Below, one piece after another: positions 32,169-32,967 of a stretch of DNA of 32,967 nt (position 1 is the stretch's first letter; each line of letters begins with the position of its first letter). The stretch is taken from sequence record NZ_CP014526.1, one strand, 5' to 3'. The notes below the pieces were generated by a model. The model did not search any database and was not told the origin of the DNA. It saw only the letters and a program-made list of their open reading frames with translations. The DNA is from Haematospirillum jordaniae. The position numbers and the translations under genes are program-made.

Positions 32169-32967
32169 TCAGCGATATCGGATGCAGGCAAGAAGGGCGA
32201 TGTTGCGGGGGCGGGTTTCGGCGCCGCCTTCACTTGAGGTTCTGTGGTAATTCGGGTCTATGTTGCCGTTGGGCCAGATTCCGTACCCACCGGTCGTTGC
32301 GAAAAATGCGCCTTGGTTAAAGGAACGACCTATCGAGACGTGACTGTGGCTTTCGAAGTCATCCGACTGTGCACTTCCGAACGCGCGGCCTGAATCCACG
32401 CCCCGCCCGTCATCCCAGCCGCGCAGGAATTCACCGCGCAGGTCCGGCACGGCGAAGGTTGTGGAGCCGTCACCACTCCCGAATGTGGTTCCGATCACGG
32501 TGAACAGTTCAGGGTATGCGGCGCGGCTCAGGAGCGCCCCGTTGCACTTCAGATACAGCGGCGGCGGCTCCTGCCCGGCATGCATGATCACGCTGCCCAC
32601 CGGAGCCGGAAAAGCCTGTGCCAGTGCCGCAGGCGTGACCGCCTTTTCCGCATCCGTCCCGGCCTTGACCTCATCCGCCGTCGCCAGCCGGACGATGCCG
32701 GGTGTTATGGGGGTGGCGGCGGGGATGGTGGCGGCATCCATGGCGGCCTTCAGGCCCGCCGGGGTGACGGCCAGATGGGTGGACGACCCGGCGCGGGCCT
32801 CGGCTGTGGTGGCCAGTTCCACCAGTCCCTTGACAGTGGTGGAGGCATCCGGCGGGCTGTGGCCGGGACCGGCATGAGAGGCGATCGCGGCGGCGACCTC
32901 TGCGGAAACATGATCACGGGTTGCAAGCACCACCGACGGGTCAATTTTCAGGGTCACGGCGCTCACG
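32169..32967 (-). CDS. H: Tail fibre protein gpH, C-terminal part (collar/receptor-binding domain). The 5' part is at 1..398 across the window junction.
   Basis: VSAVTLKIDPSVVLATRDHV... followed by repeated ATTAEA motifs and the C-terminal AVPDLRGEFLRGWDDGRGVDSGRAFGSAQSDD collar-type domain. The frame is continuous with the 1..398 ORF through the codon formed by nt 2, 1 and 32967. Confidence 0.8.
   Translation of the reverse strand, partial: VSAVTLKIDPSVVLATRDHVSAEVAAAIASHAGPGHSPPDASTTVKGLVELATTAEARAGSSTHLAVTPAGLKAAMDAATIPAATPITPGIVRLATADEVKAGTDAEKAVTPAALAQAFPAPVGSVIMHAGQEPPPLYLKCNGALLSRAAYPELFTVIGTTFGSGDGSTTFAVPDLRGEFLRGWDDGRGVDSGRAFGSAQSDDFESHSHVSIGRSFNQGAFFATTGGYGIWPNGNIDPNYHRTSSEGGAETRPRNIALLACIRYR

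Noticed and set aside
1-32967. tRNA, rRNA or tmRNA genes; integrase/attP
   Set aside because: No cloverleaf-like segment or rRNA-like region was noticed, and no tyrosine-recombinase-like ORF (R..H-R-Y pattern, 300-400 aa) exists in any frame of the ORF track.

Overview
The window appears to be one complete, circularly closed P2-like (peduovirus-type) temperate phage genome of about 33 kb from a high-GC proteobacterium, probably an alphaproteobacterium. The reasoning for closure is that the tail-fibre gene H is split across the two window ends in a continuous reading frame, and every P2 gene block is present exactly once in canonical P2 order: Q P | O N M L X holin endolysin Rz/Rz1 R S V W J I H G FI FII E/E' T U D, plus an Ogr-type late activator and a divergent CI/Apl-like switch. 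No integrase or attachment site is seen. The space between the portal gene Q (next to the putative cos site) and the early operon is instead packed with plasmid-type and accessory cargo: a RepA-like winged-helix initiator with an AT-rich origin-like region, a ParA/ParG partition pair with repeat arrays, a small serine resolvase, five type II toxin-antitoxin cassettes (hicBA, mazEF-like, hicAB, relE/HTH, relE/higA-like), and an AT-rich horizontally acquired two-gene island encoding a ThsB-like TIR (DUF1863-type) protein followed by a small 2-3 TM SLATT-like membrane protein, which is a candidate TIR-gated membrane-effector anti-phage system. The position corresponds to the old/tin hotspot of P2-like phages. 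The working hypothesis is that this is a P2-like phage-plasmid carrying a defence island. Other notable structures: two TA cassettes flanked by long direct repeats that duplicate phage gene ends (portal fragment; gene D 3' end); a 3 x 297-bp tandem array inside the early operon bounded by a duplicated gene start; a WYL-domain protein with a C-terminal membrane anchor in operon with CI; and palindromic operators upstream of several TA operons. Coordinates of small motifs are counted by eye and may be off by 1-2 nt. All family assignments are from reading the translated ORFs, not from database searches.
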